Assembly (NCBI GenBank): GCA_004431415.1
Contig: QPMI01000076.1
Location: 1-49,792 of the forward strand
Direction: 5' to 3'
Source: Cyanophora paradoxa CCMP329
Lineage: Eukaryota; Plantae; Glaucophyta
DNA: 49,792 bases
The notes under the pieces are model-generated. The model worked only from the letters and a program-made list of their open reading frames with translations, had not been told where the DNA came from and did no database searches. Position numbers and translations under genes: made by a program. Positions 1-11,602 of this stretch are shown one piece after another. The first letter of the stretch is position 1. Every line of letters starts with the position of its first letter.

Positions 1-1
1 C

Positions 2-1581
2 GCCATACCGCGCACGTACCAGAGCGCGCAGAAATCGCCGCCAATCTGCTACCGCTGCCTTCGCCTATGTACGAAGCCACGCCCGTGCGAGCGCCAAGGG
101 GCCAACACGCCAGAGAAAATCGCCGCGAGGGAGGCAGCGCAGGCGAGGAAGGATGCCGTGTACGAAGAGTACGTCGCGGTCATAGAGAAGGCAAACGCGT
201 GGGCGGCCAAGCAAAACGGCAAGGGAAAGAAAAAGGGCCAGGAGCCGTACCCCCTCATCAAGGACAAGAAGCCGGCGCAGTGCCCACGGTGTCGCCCAGA
301 AACTCGTGGCTCTGCAGAAGTGCGTCACGCTGCTCGGCAACAAGGGCCTGCTCGTGATCTTGGGCTGCAGAGGCGAAAGAGGGGCGACACGGCCACCGTC
401 TCCAAGCAGACGCGCGACCACATGGTCGAGAGCGTGCTCGGCGGCCGAAGCCAAAGACCACGAAAAGGCAAAGGATACGGCCGCTGACTTCGGATCGTCC
501 GTCATCGAGCCCAACTCTGCGCAGTCGAAAATCAGAAAGGCGAAAATCGTGGCGCCGAGCATGGAAGATTTAATGGCAACCTTCGCGGACGCGCAAGAGG
601 TAAAGCAGAACATAGAGAAGGCGAAAACGGACTGCAGGCGGCGCAGGCAAACGGGCTGGAGGCGCTCGAGAAGGTGATCACGGAAATCAGCGAGACGGGG
701 CGGTCGGTCTTCATCCTCAACAAAAAGAATCCCGACGGAAGCACGCGGTACGACATACGACAGGCGCGCCAGTCGCGCTACTGGGTGCTCTTCAACACCC
801 ACAAGCGCCTGGGAGAGGCGCGGAATTCGAGGCGGCGGCGCTGCGCGACAGCCTCGCAGAGGTGCTCTCGGATGCAGAATTCTACAAGTTCATACGCTTC
901 AATATGAAGGAAGAGAACGGCAAGTACAAGGACGACACGTACGCCAACGCAATCATCGGAATTCGCGTGCAAGGGGGCGTGGAGGTGGGGCCGACGGACG
1001 GCGCGCTGCACGCCCACGTGCTGGTGACGATCGATCACATATCGAATTTGCAGGTGCTGTGGGCGAATTACGACTGGGTGGTGCTGCTGAAGGAGAAGGA
1101 GCCGAGCACCACGACGGTGTACGAGCGGCTGCACCAAATTCTGTCCGCGAAATTCACGGCGGCGGGGCAGCGCCTCGTAGACCAGAAGAGGCAGAGGCAG
1201 GGCCTCAACCGAGCATCGATACGATGGTGGAAATCGCAGAGCTCGAGCGCATGCTGACGGAAGAGAAGATAGGCATGGGAAAGATCCGCCCACCGTCCTT
1301 GCGTCGCTGATCCAGAGGAAAATTACGCGAGCAAGCTGCAGGAGTACCTCTCAAAGACGCTGCCCGACAAGCAGAGGCGCGATTTACTGAAAGAGTGGTC
1401 GCACGCGCGAAACACGAACAACACCGACAACAACACGGACGGGTACCTCTTCACGATTTTCCAGGCGGACGCCGGCCAGGCGGACGATCCCCGCTTCGCG
1501 CCGCAGGCCGCGGAAATCGGCGACCTGAGGGCCAGGGCCGAGGGCGCGGCAAAGGCAAGGGGCGCGGAAGGGAAGGGGTAG
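2..1581 (+). CDS. HUH-superfamily rolling-circle endonuclease (Rep-like), frameshifted and 5'-truncated; the N-terminal part with a CxxC-x2-C-x5-C motif may be a separate gene
   Basis: Motif I-like YWVLFNT (779-799), motif II EVGPTDGALHAHVLV (HAH at 1009-1017), motif III NYASKLQEYLSK (two YxxK, 1321-1356), stop TAG 1579-1581. The ORF-track pieces join by single-base shifts. Confidence 0.75.
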
Positions 1582-1610
1582 CGGATAATAAATCTGACGG
1601 GCCCGCGAAA

Positions 1611-1878
1611 ATGTTCCAGGGGGAATGCACCCACTCGGACATCATCACCGTCGTCTGCGGCGCGCTCTTCCTGGTCTCGGAGCTGCTGGGCGGCACGGAG
1701 CGCGTCGGCCCCAACACAGTGCTGGGCGCCCTGAAGGCGGCGGCCCTTAGGGTCGTCCGCCGCGGACAGCCCGAGCCCGAACCCCCACCGGAGCAGCAGA
1801 GGCGCGAGAGCACGCAGAACATAGGGCCGCACCACGTCGACATTCAGATGACGCAAACCGGTACCCGTTTTTTTCTAG
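1611..1878 (+). CDS. Small viral protein with hydrophobic N-terminal segment (putative membrane protein)
   Basis: AAAATG start with promoter motif; IITVVCGALFLVSELLGG segment. The stop is either TAG 1876-1878 (needs one indel in the T-run) or 1982. Confidence 0.55.
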
Positions 1879-1890
1879 AGAACATGGGAA

Positions 1891-2240
1891 ATGGAGACTC
1901 CCGCGACACCAGCCCCCAGCGCAGAGGCTCCAGCGCCCAGCAACTCCAGCAGCAGCACCGCGGCCTACCCTTGGCTTCTTAGGACTTACGCGCGAAAGAA
2001 GCAGCAGCAGCCGAAGGCACCGGCGGAAATGGCGGCTGACCTGGATCGGTGCACCCGCCGCGCCATCGCGAGCTACGCCAAGCGCGTCGAGCAGTACCAC
2101 CCCAGATGGCAGAGGACGCCCGGGCGTACGCGAAGAACCCCGCCGCGAGCCCGCCCGTGATGGCCGCCGTCATCGACCGGCTGCAGTGGGCGCTGCACGA
2201 GGAGGGAGAGCGCGTCAGGAATTTCTTCATGCCCAAGTAA
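1891..2240 (+). CDS. Hypothetical viral protein (~116 aa, one frameshift near 2100)
   Basis: Promoter motif plus AAATG; ORFs 1891-2160 and 2049-2240 join at a C-run (YHP|QMAEDARAY). Confidence 0.6.
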
Positions 2241-2262
2241 ATTTCTGAATGGGCCCTTAACA

Positions 2263-2450
2263 ATGTCGTCCATGCTCCGAGCCTCGATGATATCACCAGC
2301 GATTCCCGCTACCTGGGCAGCCTGCTGACCCTCGGCGCGGTCGCCTACATGTCGCCCGCGCGCTACTACCTCGTGCGGATCCTCGCCGCGCAGTTCGCGG
2401 GCTACTACTTCGTGGGGCCCTACCTCCTCAACGGCCTGAGGAAGGCATAA
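2263..2450 (+). CDS. Small putative membrane protein (~62 aa), missing from the ORF track
   Basis: Promoter motif plus ACAATG; MSSML(P)SLDDITSDSRYLGSLLTLGAVAYMSPARYYLVRILAAQFAGYYFVGPYLLNGLRKA* after restoring one C near 2277. Confidence 0.6.
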
Positions 2451-2473
2451 TTTCTCAGGCCCCTTCCTAAATA

Positions 2474-2922
2474 ATGTCCTGCGTCAACCTCTACGTCCAG
2501 TCGAACGGAGAGACGCAGGATTCCGAGGGCTTCTGGCGCCTCAGGCTGAACCAGATCCCCGCCGACATCGACACGCTGCAGATCAAGGGCGTCTACCTGG
2601 AGCTGGACACGACCGCGATTCCGGACCCCACCGCCGCGAAAACCGTCAACGTTCTGCTGATGGACGTGCCCGACTTGAACGTCACGACCATCTCGAACGT
2701 CAACACGTGCATCAACAAGGTCGTGATCCCGACGTGGGGCCACGACGGCCTCGAGAACACCATCCTCTACTGGTTCGAGTGCCCATGGCCGTGCGCCCGA
2801 ACTACGTCGCGTACGACAAGTTCCAGGAGCTGCGCGTGCGCTTCACCGACATCACGGGCGCCACCAAGAAGAACAACGCCTTCATCGTCAAGAACTTCGG
2901 CCTCTGGGCCTTTGCTAAATAG
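2474..2922 (+). CDS. Putative single jelly-roll minor capsid (penton-like) protein, ~150 aa
   Basis: Alternating beta pattern; N-terminal VNLYVQS...FWRLRL and C-terminal ELRVRFTDITG...FGLW resemble penton proteins of PLV/virophage/NCLDV-type viruses; frameshift at the C-run near 2785. Pattern recognition only. Confidence 0.55.
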
Positions 2923-2942
2923 ATTTTCGCATGCCCCCTTAA

Positions 2943-3419
2943 ATGCGCCTGATCATATTCCCGCGAAAGGGCTCGGGCGTCAAGACGCGCACCTTTACGG
3001 GCGTGCCTGGCTACCCCTCGCCCCTCACTTACAGAGTCGATCTTGTAACCGCCTCTGGTCCAATTAAATACGGGCTGCTGCACAGCCTCAGTCACATCCG
3101 TCTCGGCGAGAGCGCATGGCAGGACTTGGCCTTAATCGTAGAATTCGAGTACAGGGGGGTAGACACGCTAACGGGCGATCACTTTTACAGGGTGCGGGTA
3201 GCAAGGGAGGGGTACTCGCTGCCGAACGGCACGGGCGGGGAATACTGGGAGCCGAAAATACGCGATGCCTCCGAGGCCTACCGCTGGCTGCGCGACGAGC
3301 AGATCACTATCAGGCCCGATTACCCCTACGCCGACGTTTTCTGGCAGGTGCCGGTGGGCCAGTGGACAACGGGCGAGGTGAGCGGCAAGCTGAAGTGGAC
3401 GTGGGACGCGGAGCATTAG
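2943..3419 (+). CDS. Hypothetical viral protein (158 aa, beta-rich)
   Basis: Intact ORF, TAAATG start with promoter motif, complex aromatic-rich sequence. Confidence 0.7.
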   Translation: MRLIIFPRKGSGVKTRTFTGVPGYPSPLTYRVDLVTASGPIKYGLLHSLSHIRLGESAWQDLALIVEFEYRGVDTLTGDHFYRVRVAREGYSLPNGTGGEYWEPKIRDASEAYRWLRDEQITIRPDYPYADVFWQVPVGQWTTGEVSGKLKWTWDAEH

Positions 3420-3444
3420 TTAATTTTTCTCTCTCGCGGATAAA

Positions 3445-6400
3445 ATGTCGATGCTCGACGACCCCTGGCGCATGGCCATCCCGAATCCGGACGAGGTGCT
3501 GAACGGTGCCTTCGCGATAGACGGGAGCCTGAGCGTGAGGGGAATTTACGCGGATGAGATAAGGCTGCGCAAGGGCGCGACCTACAGCGATTTCCTGACG
3601 TCCGTCGGTACCTTGGACGATTACGGTGACCTCACCGCAATTATCAAGGGGCTCTGGGGCGTCACGACCGAGACGGGCGTGGACTGGAACATTATTAAGA
3701 GGGCGGCCGACGTGAAAATCGCAAACTCCGTTACAGCGAAAGACGCCACCCTGAACCTCGTGAAACTGACTCTAAAGGGCGCAGAGGGGGACGTGAGGCC
3801 CGGGTACAACGCACTCGAGCGCATCGCGGGCCCCTGCGCCACATCTACTGGAGCCGCCAGGCGCTGCCGAGCATGGAGCCCGAGCAGTACAGGCGCGACA
3901 GGGAGGAGTTTTTCGCGTGGTTCGACCACTTCAAGGTGAACATCCGCGCCCTGAGCGCCGACAGGACGGGCGAGACGCCGGAGACGACGGGCGGGGGCCG
4001 CATCCCAACGGCACCCGACGTGCTCCCCGATCGCTCAGACTGGGCGAAGACGCAGAACTGGGCGCTGAAGGACCACTTCCACGACGAGAGGTACGCCCTC
4101 GTCAAGCACCCGCATGTGAAGGCCGACATCACGGACTGGGCGCACCGCCACCTGTACGACGACATCATCGGCGGGCCCAAGGTGCCGGGCGCGATTCCGG
4201 GTGGGGGTACGGGCGGCGGAAGCACGGGAGGTGGGGGTACAGGCACCGGGGTGGGGGTACAGGCACCGGGGTGGGGTACAGGCACGGGGGGCGGAGGGGG
4301 CTCCAGTGGCACGCCCGTGGGGGGGGCGGGGGTAGCAGCGGCTCGGGTGGCGGCGGCTCGGGCGGAGAGAGCGGCGGAGGGGGTACGCTCGTGCCGATCC
4401 TTGGTACAACAACGGGAATCTTCGGCGCGGCCCTGATTGCAGGCGGTGCAAAGTACTACAGGGATCGGAAGGCGTACGAAAGGGACATTGCAGAGCTGCA
4501 GAAAGATAACAAAACGATCGTTTACTCAGACGAGCAGGTGAGAATACTGGCAGAGGAGCTGAAGACAAGGGAGCGGCAATTTAACGAAATGAGGACAGCG
4601 GCCGAGAAAAAGATAGCGGACGATTTGAAAGAGGCGAGCGATAGAATTGAGAAATCCCTGGAGGCCGAGGAGAAAGCCGAGATCCGGAAGAGAGAGGCCG
4701 ATAGGATCGTGGAAAACGCGATAAGGGAGGCAAAGGAGCAGGCAAGGACCGAGCTGGAGAAACTGGACATGGAAATAGCAAACAAGGTCAACATAGCAAA
4801 CGAGGTCGAAGAGGGCACAAAGATGCTGGACGATGAGCGAAAGGCAGCGGAGGAGCAAGCCAGAAAAGCAAAGGAGGATTTAAGGCAGCTCGAACTGCGA
4901 GAACAGGAGAGGCAGAAGGCAGAGGGGCTCGCATCCACCATACGATTCAACCTAGAGCAGCAAGTGAAAACGCTGACGGCCGAGCTGCAGAGGATAGGGA
5001 CGGCTGTGCCAAGGGGCACAATGGAGACGCAGACGACGCCAAGGCCCGATCCAAGGCCGGCCGCCGAGAGGCTGCCCTTCGCGCGGCTGGGTAGGAGCGA
5101 CCAGGTGGAAGAGCTCATTGGCCTCACGCTCGAGGATCAGAGGGCCCTCTTCGACGCGTTAGAGCAGCGGCGCAGGGCGGACGAGGAGGCAGCTGCCAAG
5201 ACAGAAGAGGAACGACTGAAGGCAATGCAAACTGCATCAGACGAGGAATTTGCACGGCTGGAGGAGCCGAAGGTAGCGGAGCGTAAGCGACGACTGGAGA
5301 CGTTCAGGGGGGCGCAGATGGATTTTTACCGCTCGGAGCTCAAAAGACTGAAAGAAGGAAATGCATCGGGGGACAGGCTCCGCGCCATGGAAGAGAACAT
5401 GCGCGACTTTAGCTACGTTATGGATCAGCTGACGGGAAGGGGTCAGAAAGACGCCGAAGAACTGAGGAGAAAGATGGCCGATGAGAAGTGGAAAAACTTT
5501 GAGCGTCAGGCTGTTCAGAGGCCCATCAGCGATGCCATCTGGATAGCATACGGCGACGCGGAGGAGATGCACCGCGAACTGCGGACGGAAGTGAGCCTAT
5601 GGCGGGGAGCCCTCGAATGGTCACTGTACCGGATGCAAAAGGGAAAGTTTGTGGCAGAGCTGCGAGCCAATCCGAAAACGACGAGCATCGGCGCACAGGA
5701 CGCGTACGTCGGCATGATCAATTACGTGGAGAAGCTGAGCAAGTTTTGGGAAAAGCGAAGAGCCGTCATTCCAGCGGAGGGGCTTGCACAGTACGACGCC
5801 ATGGTGCGCGATCTGGAGGCCTTTAAACGTGAGCATCCACCCGCCAAATACAAGCTTTACATAGATACAACGGCGTTCATAGGCGAACTAAGGAAGAGAG
5901 GAGACGAGGCCAAGAGTCAGATCGAGGAGCGCTACAGAAAGGCCCAAGCGGACAAGGAGTACGCAAACAGGGTGATCGAAGAGCGGAAGCAGCAAGCCAA
6001 GGAGAACGCGGCGAGACGCAACGCCGAGATAGAAGAGCAGAGGCGGAAGATCGCAGAGCGCAAGGCGGCAGAGGAAGAGGCAAGAAAGACCAAGGTAGAG
6101 ACAGAGTACCAAGCATTGAAACGGGAGGCCAATCAACTGTTAAAAAGGAGGGGAAGGGCCTACGCCGACGAGGGCGCGGGCGTGGGCTCGGCCAGCCCGG
6201 ACGACATCACCCTCGCGGAAAGGGACGACGTTTCCGTAGAGGAAATGCGCCCGGGCACAGCTCGCCTGCCCTCCGAGGGCGTATTCCAGACGCTCGACAG
6301 GCGCGTGATGGGCGACTCGGACGTTATTTTGCGCAACGCCCTCATGCCCTACGGCGACTGGAACCGCGCCACCGCCGACGCCCTTGCCGATTTCGACCTC

Positions 6401-8836
6401 GAGCGATTCACCACCAAAGAGCAGCGCGACGCCTTCCTGGGGCGCCGAGGGCAAGGCGGCCCGGGGTGGCCAAGGAGGCCCTCAGCGCCGAGACGCTCTT
6501 CTCGCGGCGGGTACGGCGAACAACGACGGCATGTCTTTCGGGGCAGCCGATTTATTTCAGGGGCGGGCATCGACTTGGTGGGCGCCGGGCTGGGGGTACG
6601 GGCTCGCGGGCCATGCGGCGGGCGGGCGCGGCGGCGGCGGCCTTGGACTGGCGACGGCGGGGGGTCTGCTCTCGGCCTACCAGGCGCTCTCGCAGGGCAA
6701 GATAGGGGAGGCGGAGTTCTTCGATACGTTCCGCGATCAGATGATCATGACGGTCGGCTCCTTTGGCCTGCAGACGGGCATGTCGTCCGCCCTGAGCGCC
6801 CTCACGAAAATGAGGATCGGCACGGTGGGCGGACTTGGCCTGTCCATCCTCGCGGGCGCCATCGCGCAGGTGATCGTAGATATCATCAACGGGCGCAGCG
6901 CGGAAGAGATCGTGAAGAACTTTTTCAAGTACCCCGTCGACTGGGCGGCCGACACCATCCAGTTCATTGCGCAGCTCTCGCAGCAGATCTACGACTGGGG
7001 CGTCGAGACGTGGGGCGACGAGGCGAGCCAGCTGCGCAACCGAATTAATCGGCTGGAGGGCGAGCTGGGCTCCGGATTTTTGGGCGTGTACGACCCCTCG
7101 GAGGCGCGCGAAATGGCCTCGCTCTTGGCCCAGGAGCTGCGGTTAAACGAAATAAAGGAGCCGAAGGAGCTGCAGGCCTTCATTCGCGCGCTCGACAACA
7201 GCATCAACGATTACCGTACCCCCAAGGACCAGAAGACTCTGCTCGAAATCGATCGCGCGACCGTGCTCTTCCTCTCCCAGCTCACCGTTAAAATGCAGGA
7301 GGGATTCGGGTCGACCTCGCTCGCCCTGAGTCGGCTGATGCGCGATTTAAAGCAGATGGTGAAGGAGGAGACCAAGGGGAGGAAGCGCGTATTAATTGCC
7401 GTCTACCAGGAGGGCCTCAACAGGATCAATCACATCGAAGCCCTAAGGCGCGAATTCGGCTCGGCCATCCGCCACTCGGGCGTCTCGTCCAACGGAGGGG
7501 CGCAGGTGGCCCGCCTGGCCGACGCCAACTCGCGCCTCGAAATCCCCGGTACCTTCCGCATGCAGGATTGGTGGGAGGCCGAGGCATTCAGGAACTACGG
7601 CGCCTTCATAGACAACGGGATTAATTCGCAGAGCCCCAAGGCAAACTGGCTGGTACCCAAGGCGTACGTCGATAAATTGATGGACAGGCCCGCGGCGCCG
7701 TACAGGAAAGAGGTGGCCAAGGGCGTCGAGTACTGGGCACCCTCGGCCCTGCAGCCCGTGTTTGCGGCGCAGAACTACGAGTGGCACATGGCGCCGGGGG
7801 CGAGCCAGGCGGTAAGCACCGTGGGCGTGATCGGACCACAGCTGGCGACGGTGGCGCACACAGGTGAGTACGGAGACTTAAAAGGGAAGCCGACGATACC
7901 GACGGTGCCAACCACGTGGGCGTGGGATAGCATCACGGGGAAGCCAGCGGAAGTAAACGCAGCGCAGCTCGAGTACCCCGTGGCGCAGCCCGTCAGCACC
8001 GTGGGTGTAGTACAGCCCCGCCTTGCGACGGTTGCGTACACTGGTGCCTTTGCAGATTTGAGCGGCAGGGGGCACACGCACTCGCTCTCAGAGATAAGGG
8101 ACTGGGCGGGGGCGCCCGACCTGTCAGGGTACGCCCTCTCGACCCACAACCACGAAGGCGTGTACGCGACGGCGGGGCACAATCACGAGGGGGTATACGC
8201 CCCCTTCACCCACAGCCACAGCCAGTATGCGCTCGCAACCTCCTTAGACCCCTTCACGGCGAATCACATCAACTGTCTCACCACTTTGCGCGTTGGAGAC
8301 GGATACGCATGCACGTACGACGTTCGGACGGCCTTTGAGCCAACGGGGTGGAGAGATTACGTGCACAGTGCAACGTACGCATGGGCCGCTGACAGCACGT
8401 TGACGAACTTTGAGCAGAACGTAACGTACCCCGTCTTTGCGGAGCAGTGCAAGGGCGACGCGATCTTTAGGAACGTTTACGTGAGGAGCACAGGCGATGC
8501 TCAGAAGGTGCACCGAGTCGTTTCAGCGCAAGAGTGCAACCCGAATGCATATGTTCAACACGGGAAAAAACCACGACCCGCTACCCCGCCGTGGGATGGA
8601 ACAGCTACACGGAGACAATCATCTTCGGTACCTCATACACAAGCGAGCCCACTGTAACGTTTTCGTTTCAACACGGGACAGGGGGGACAGAGGTGAAGGG
8701 ATATTTCGATTACCTTGGCCTCTCCACCTTTAGCGTCTATTACAAAGTGTACAGCGACTACGATTACACGGATCCAGGCACCGGCGGAATAAATGTGACC
8801 CTGCACTGGCAGGCCACCGGGACAATAGCCGCTTGA
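3445..8836 (+). CDS. Giant virion protein (~1,790 aa): Gly linker, hydrophobic helices, long coiled coil (tape-measure-like), phage-tail-fibre repeats, C-terminal gp53/H-type-lectin-like tip
   Basis: ORFs 3445/3873/3917/6384/8534 chain by frameshifts near 3835, 4320, 6450-6540 and 8565 with no intervening promoter motif; LATVAHTGEYGDLKGKP, WDSITGKP, HTHSLSEI and HNHEGVYA x2 repeats; tip IIFGTSYTSEPTV...LHWQATG. Confidence 0.7.
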
Positions 8837-8857
8837 TTTTTCTCAGCCCCTGTAAAA

Positions 8858-9667
8858 ATGTCCGTCGCCGTTCCTCTATTCACCTACGCGGCAAGTGTGA
8901 ACCATGTCAAGGATCACACGATTAAAGAGACGATCCTCGGCTACCAGACCACCGAAACCCCCTACAATGCCACGGCCGTCCCCTTCTCCGAGGCCGACCT
9001 CGTCCGCGTCGGCGAGCTGCGCTGCGATAAGATGCGCACGCGGGAGGGTGGGTCGGCCGTGCCGGGGCGCGTGAAGACGCAGAGGCTCACGGTCACGAAC
9101 GGGGCCTGGGACGGGAGCGGGTACACTACGAATGCTCTGACCTTTAACGGGAGTGCTGATGGAGAGGGGAACGCGGCGATGTACGTGCAGGGAGGGGGTG
9201 CAAATGTGGTTGGGGGGTTGAGAGTGAACGGAAATGTGGTCATTCAAGGCGGATACCTGTACGGCGTCCAAAAACCCTTCTTCTGTGCCGTGCTTGGGGG
9301 TGCACTGAGCACGAGTACAGGTGTAAAACTCACAAACTGGACAAACAATGCTTCGTCGACCTCGTGGAACCCCTCCACCGGTGACTTTACGTGCCCCGTC
9401 ACCGGGTATTATCGGTATACATACACAGGAATTACCGATATCTCTTCCATTCGCACATTTGTGGATCTCGTGGTGGGTTCTGCTATTGTGGCCACAGCTA
9501 CCTCAGATGCAGATCCGGATTTACCGCAATCGTACAAACCGTTGAGCATCAATACTATCGTTTACGTTCCACAAGGACAGACAGTATCTTTGCACCTGAG
9601 AAGTGGTGGCGCCTTGCATGGCGGAAACTACAGTTGCTTCACAGGAGAGCTTGTCAATCCTGCATAA
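8858..9667 (+). CDS. Fibre/spike protein with C-terminal C1q-like domain
   Basis: Shaft-like GGANVVGGLRVNGNVVIQGG followed by PFFCA...WNPSTGDFTCPVTGYYRYT...GQTVSL...SCFTGELV, the C1q/TNF-like signature. Confidence 0.8.
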   Translation: MSVAVPLFTYAASVNHVKDHTIKETILGYQTTETPYNATAVPFSEADLVRVGELRCDKMRTREGGSAVPGRVKTQRLTVTNGAWDGSGYTTNALTFNGSADGEGNAAMYVQGGGANVVGGLRVNGNVVIQGGYLYGVQKPFFCAVLGGALSTSTGVKLTNWTNNASSTSWNPSTGDFTCPVTGYYRYTYTGITDISSIRTFVDLVVGSAIVATATSDADPDLPQSYKPLSINTIVYVPQGQTVSLHLRSGGALHGGNYSCFTGELVNPA

Positions 9668-9670
9668 CAG

Positions 9671-11602
9671 TTACGTGAATCCCCATTTGTATCGAATGTA
9701 GCTAAAGATAAGGTCACGCTCCGATGATGCGAGTGGTCGATCGTAGATGAGCAGCTCGGCCATATCACCTATGTAACGAGTATTGATATCATAGCCACGG
9801 TGCCAGAATGTCATCGAGTTTGCGGTAGGGGTGGCAGAGGCGGATCGGTAAGTGCCTTGCAAATACCAAGCACTCGTGCTGCCCACCGAGTGGAAAGAAT
9901 ACAGCCACGTGTTCAGGAATGAGGTCGATGAGATAGCCGTCATGCTGGTATCGAGCTCGAGTTTGGTATCAGAGCGGTACCACAGCATTGGAGTATCAAC
10001 GGAGGAATCGTATATGTTCCTATACGCACCCCCACTTGGGCCAGTCGGTTTTGTTACCACGATGAACGTCCCACCAGAGGCGTTAAATGGCCCAACGGCA
10101 GCTGTCGGGACCAGCAGCTGGGTACCATTGAAGGAAACAACAGAGCGCCCGTTGCGAGTAAGGGTGCGAGTAGGGGCCCCGTGACCAGCCACTTGACCGA
10201 AGTGGTTGCCATTGGGGCTCTTGTCCCGCCACTGGACGACATTGGAACTCGACAGTGTAAATGTCGTTGTATCCGAAGCGTCCAGCATCAAAACCAGCCC
10301 CGATGCCACCGGCGGGGCTGAGGCGGACGTGGGAGTGATAGCCGACGAATTCGACGCCGGGCCCTCCTCACCCACAATGTTGACGGCCTTCACATAGTAT
10401 GTGTTAACCACAAAGGACGATGCAGTGGTGTCCGTGTATGGGCTCGTAACATTATGCCCAATCTCCTCTGTCCCTCTGTACACGTTGTAGGAGGTGGCCA
10501 CGCCAACTGCAGGGGGGGTCCAGGTGATGGCAACGCTGGGAGAATCCGACGAGGGTTGTGAAGTGGAGATTGAGGCCGGTGCTGCCGGATCTGTGGTGAC
10601 GTGAATGCCCACGCTCTTCAGTCCCTCTCCTGCCGAGTTCGTCGCGGAGACCTGGTACTCGTACCCCGTACCCCAGACCGTGGTGGCATCGCTGTAGGAG
10701 TTGGTCGCGGAGTCTGCGAGGTAGGCCCCGTCCCTGTAGATCTTGTACCCCGTCGCCCCCGTGGGCGCCGTCCAGCTGAGGCTAACGGGCTGCTGCTGAT
10801 CGTCGGGTGCCGTCGCCGTCAGGCTCGTGGGGGCGTTTGGTATAGTCCAGACCGGGAGCGGATCGGACTTTTCGTATTCAAACCCGCCCACGATACCGGC
10901 CACCTGGTAGGAGTACTCCGTACCCCACGTGAGGGCAGTGCTATCGTCAATGTACGAGGTAGATAGTCCGCTGCTCGCAAATCCGATGGGGGTACCGTCC
11001 CTGTAAATTCGAATCGAGTCCGCGCCCTCCATGGCCACCCAGTTGATTGTGACAACAAAGGTGGGCTTCGGGAAGCCCGCAGACGCAGGGCCGCCCCCTG
11101 CGATAAAATCGCCGTAGGTCTGGGCCGTGGCGGTCGTGAGCGCAGTGTACGCCTCGATCGTGGGCGTGGAGCCGCCTATGCCTTGGAATTGAATGTAATT
11201 GCTCCTCGCGCCCTCGTGGGTGTAGAGCAGCGACTGTGCGTACGTGGTGGGGGGCACTTTGCCGTCCGAGCCTGTGCTGCTGCTGCCCTGCTCGCGAACC
11301 GCAGCCACCCGGTAGAGTCGGAGCTCGCCGAAATTAAAGGGCGAGTTCGTGTATGTGAGCGTGGGTGCGTTCACCGTGGCCACCAGCGTCCAGGTGCCGT
11401 TGAGGCTCGGTGCCCTATACACATTGTACTTGACGGCGTCGGTGACGGCGACCCAATTCATTTGAAATCCAAAGGTACCGCCCCCATTGTTGAGCACTGA
11501 GCCCGATCGGATCTGGGGCCTGCCCACCGTGAGCGAGATCGGCTCCACGCCATACTGCGGCGCCTGCACCACCTGCTTCTTCACGAATACGAAGCGGGGC
11601 AT
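9671..11602 (-). CDS. Fibronectin type III repeat protein with C-terminal LamG/concanavalin-like domain
   Basis: About four Fn3-like units (e.g. LSWTAPTGATGYKIYRDG...YEYQVSATNSAGEG); C-terminal SGLVLMLDASD...WRDKSPNGNH...GDMAELLIYDRPL...YIRYKWG. Confidence 0.85.
   Translation of the reverse strand: MPRFVFVKKQVVQAPQYGVEPISLTVGRPQIRSGSVLNNGGGTFGFQMNWVAVTDAVKYNVYRAPSLNGTWTLVATVNAPTLTYTNSPFNFGELRLYRVAAVREQGSSSTGSDGKVPPTTYAQSLLYTHEGARSNYIQFQGIGGSTPTIEAYTALTTATAQTYGDFIAGGGPASAGFPKPTFVVTINWVAMEGADSIRIYRDGTPIGFASSGLSTSYIDDSTALTWGTEYSYQVAGIVGGFEYEKSDPLPVWTIPNAPTSLTATAPDDQQQPVSLSWTAPTGATGYKIYRDGAYLADSATNSYSDATTVWGTGYEYQVSATNSAGEGLKSVGIHVTTDPAAPASISTSQPSSDSPSVAITWTPPAVGVATSYNVYRGTEEIGHNVTSPYTDTTASSFVVNTYYVKAVNIVGEEGPASNSSAITPTSASAPPVASGLVLMLDASDTTTFTLSSSNVVQWRDKSPNGNHFGQVAGHGAPTRTLTRNGRSVVSFNGTQLLVPTAAVGPFNASGGTFIVVTKPTGPSGGAYRNIYDSSVDTPMLWYRSDTKLELDTSMTAISSTSFLNTWLYSFHSVGSTSAWYLQGTYRSASATPTANSMTFWHRGYDINTRYIGDMAELLIYDRPLASSERDLIFSYIRYKWGFT

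Noticed and set aside
674-1581. Helitron or CRESS-virus Rep
   Set aside because: No Pif1 or SF3 helicase motifs follow the HUH domain, and the neighbours are virion structural genes.
8534-11602. Diversity-generating retroelement acting on fibre tips
   Set aside because: No reverse transcriptase and no TR/VR repeat pair differing at adenines seen in the window.
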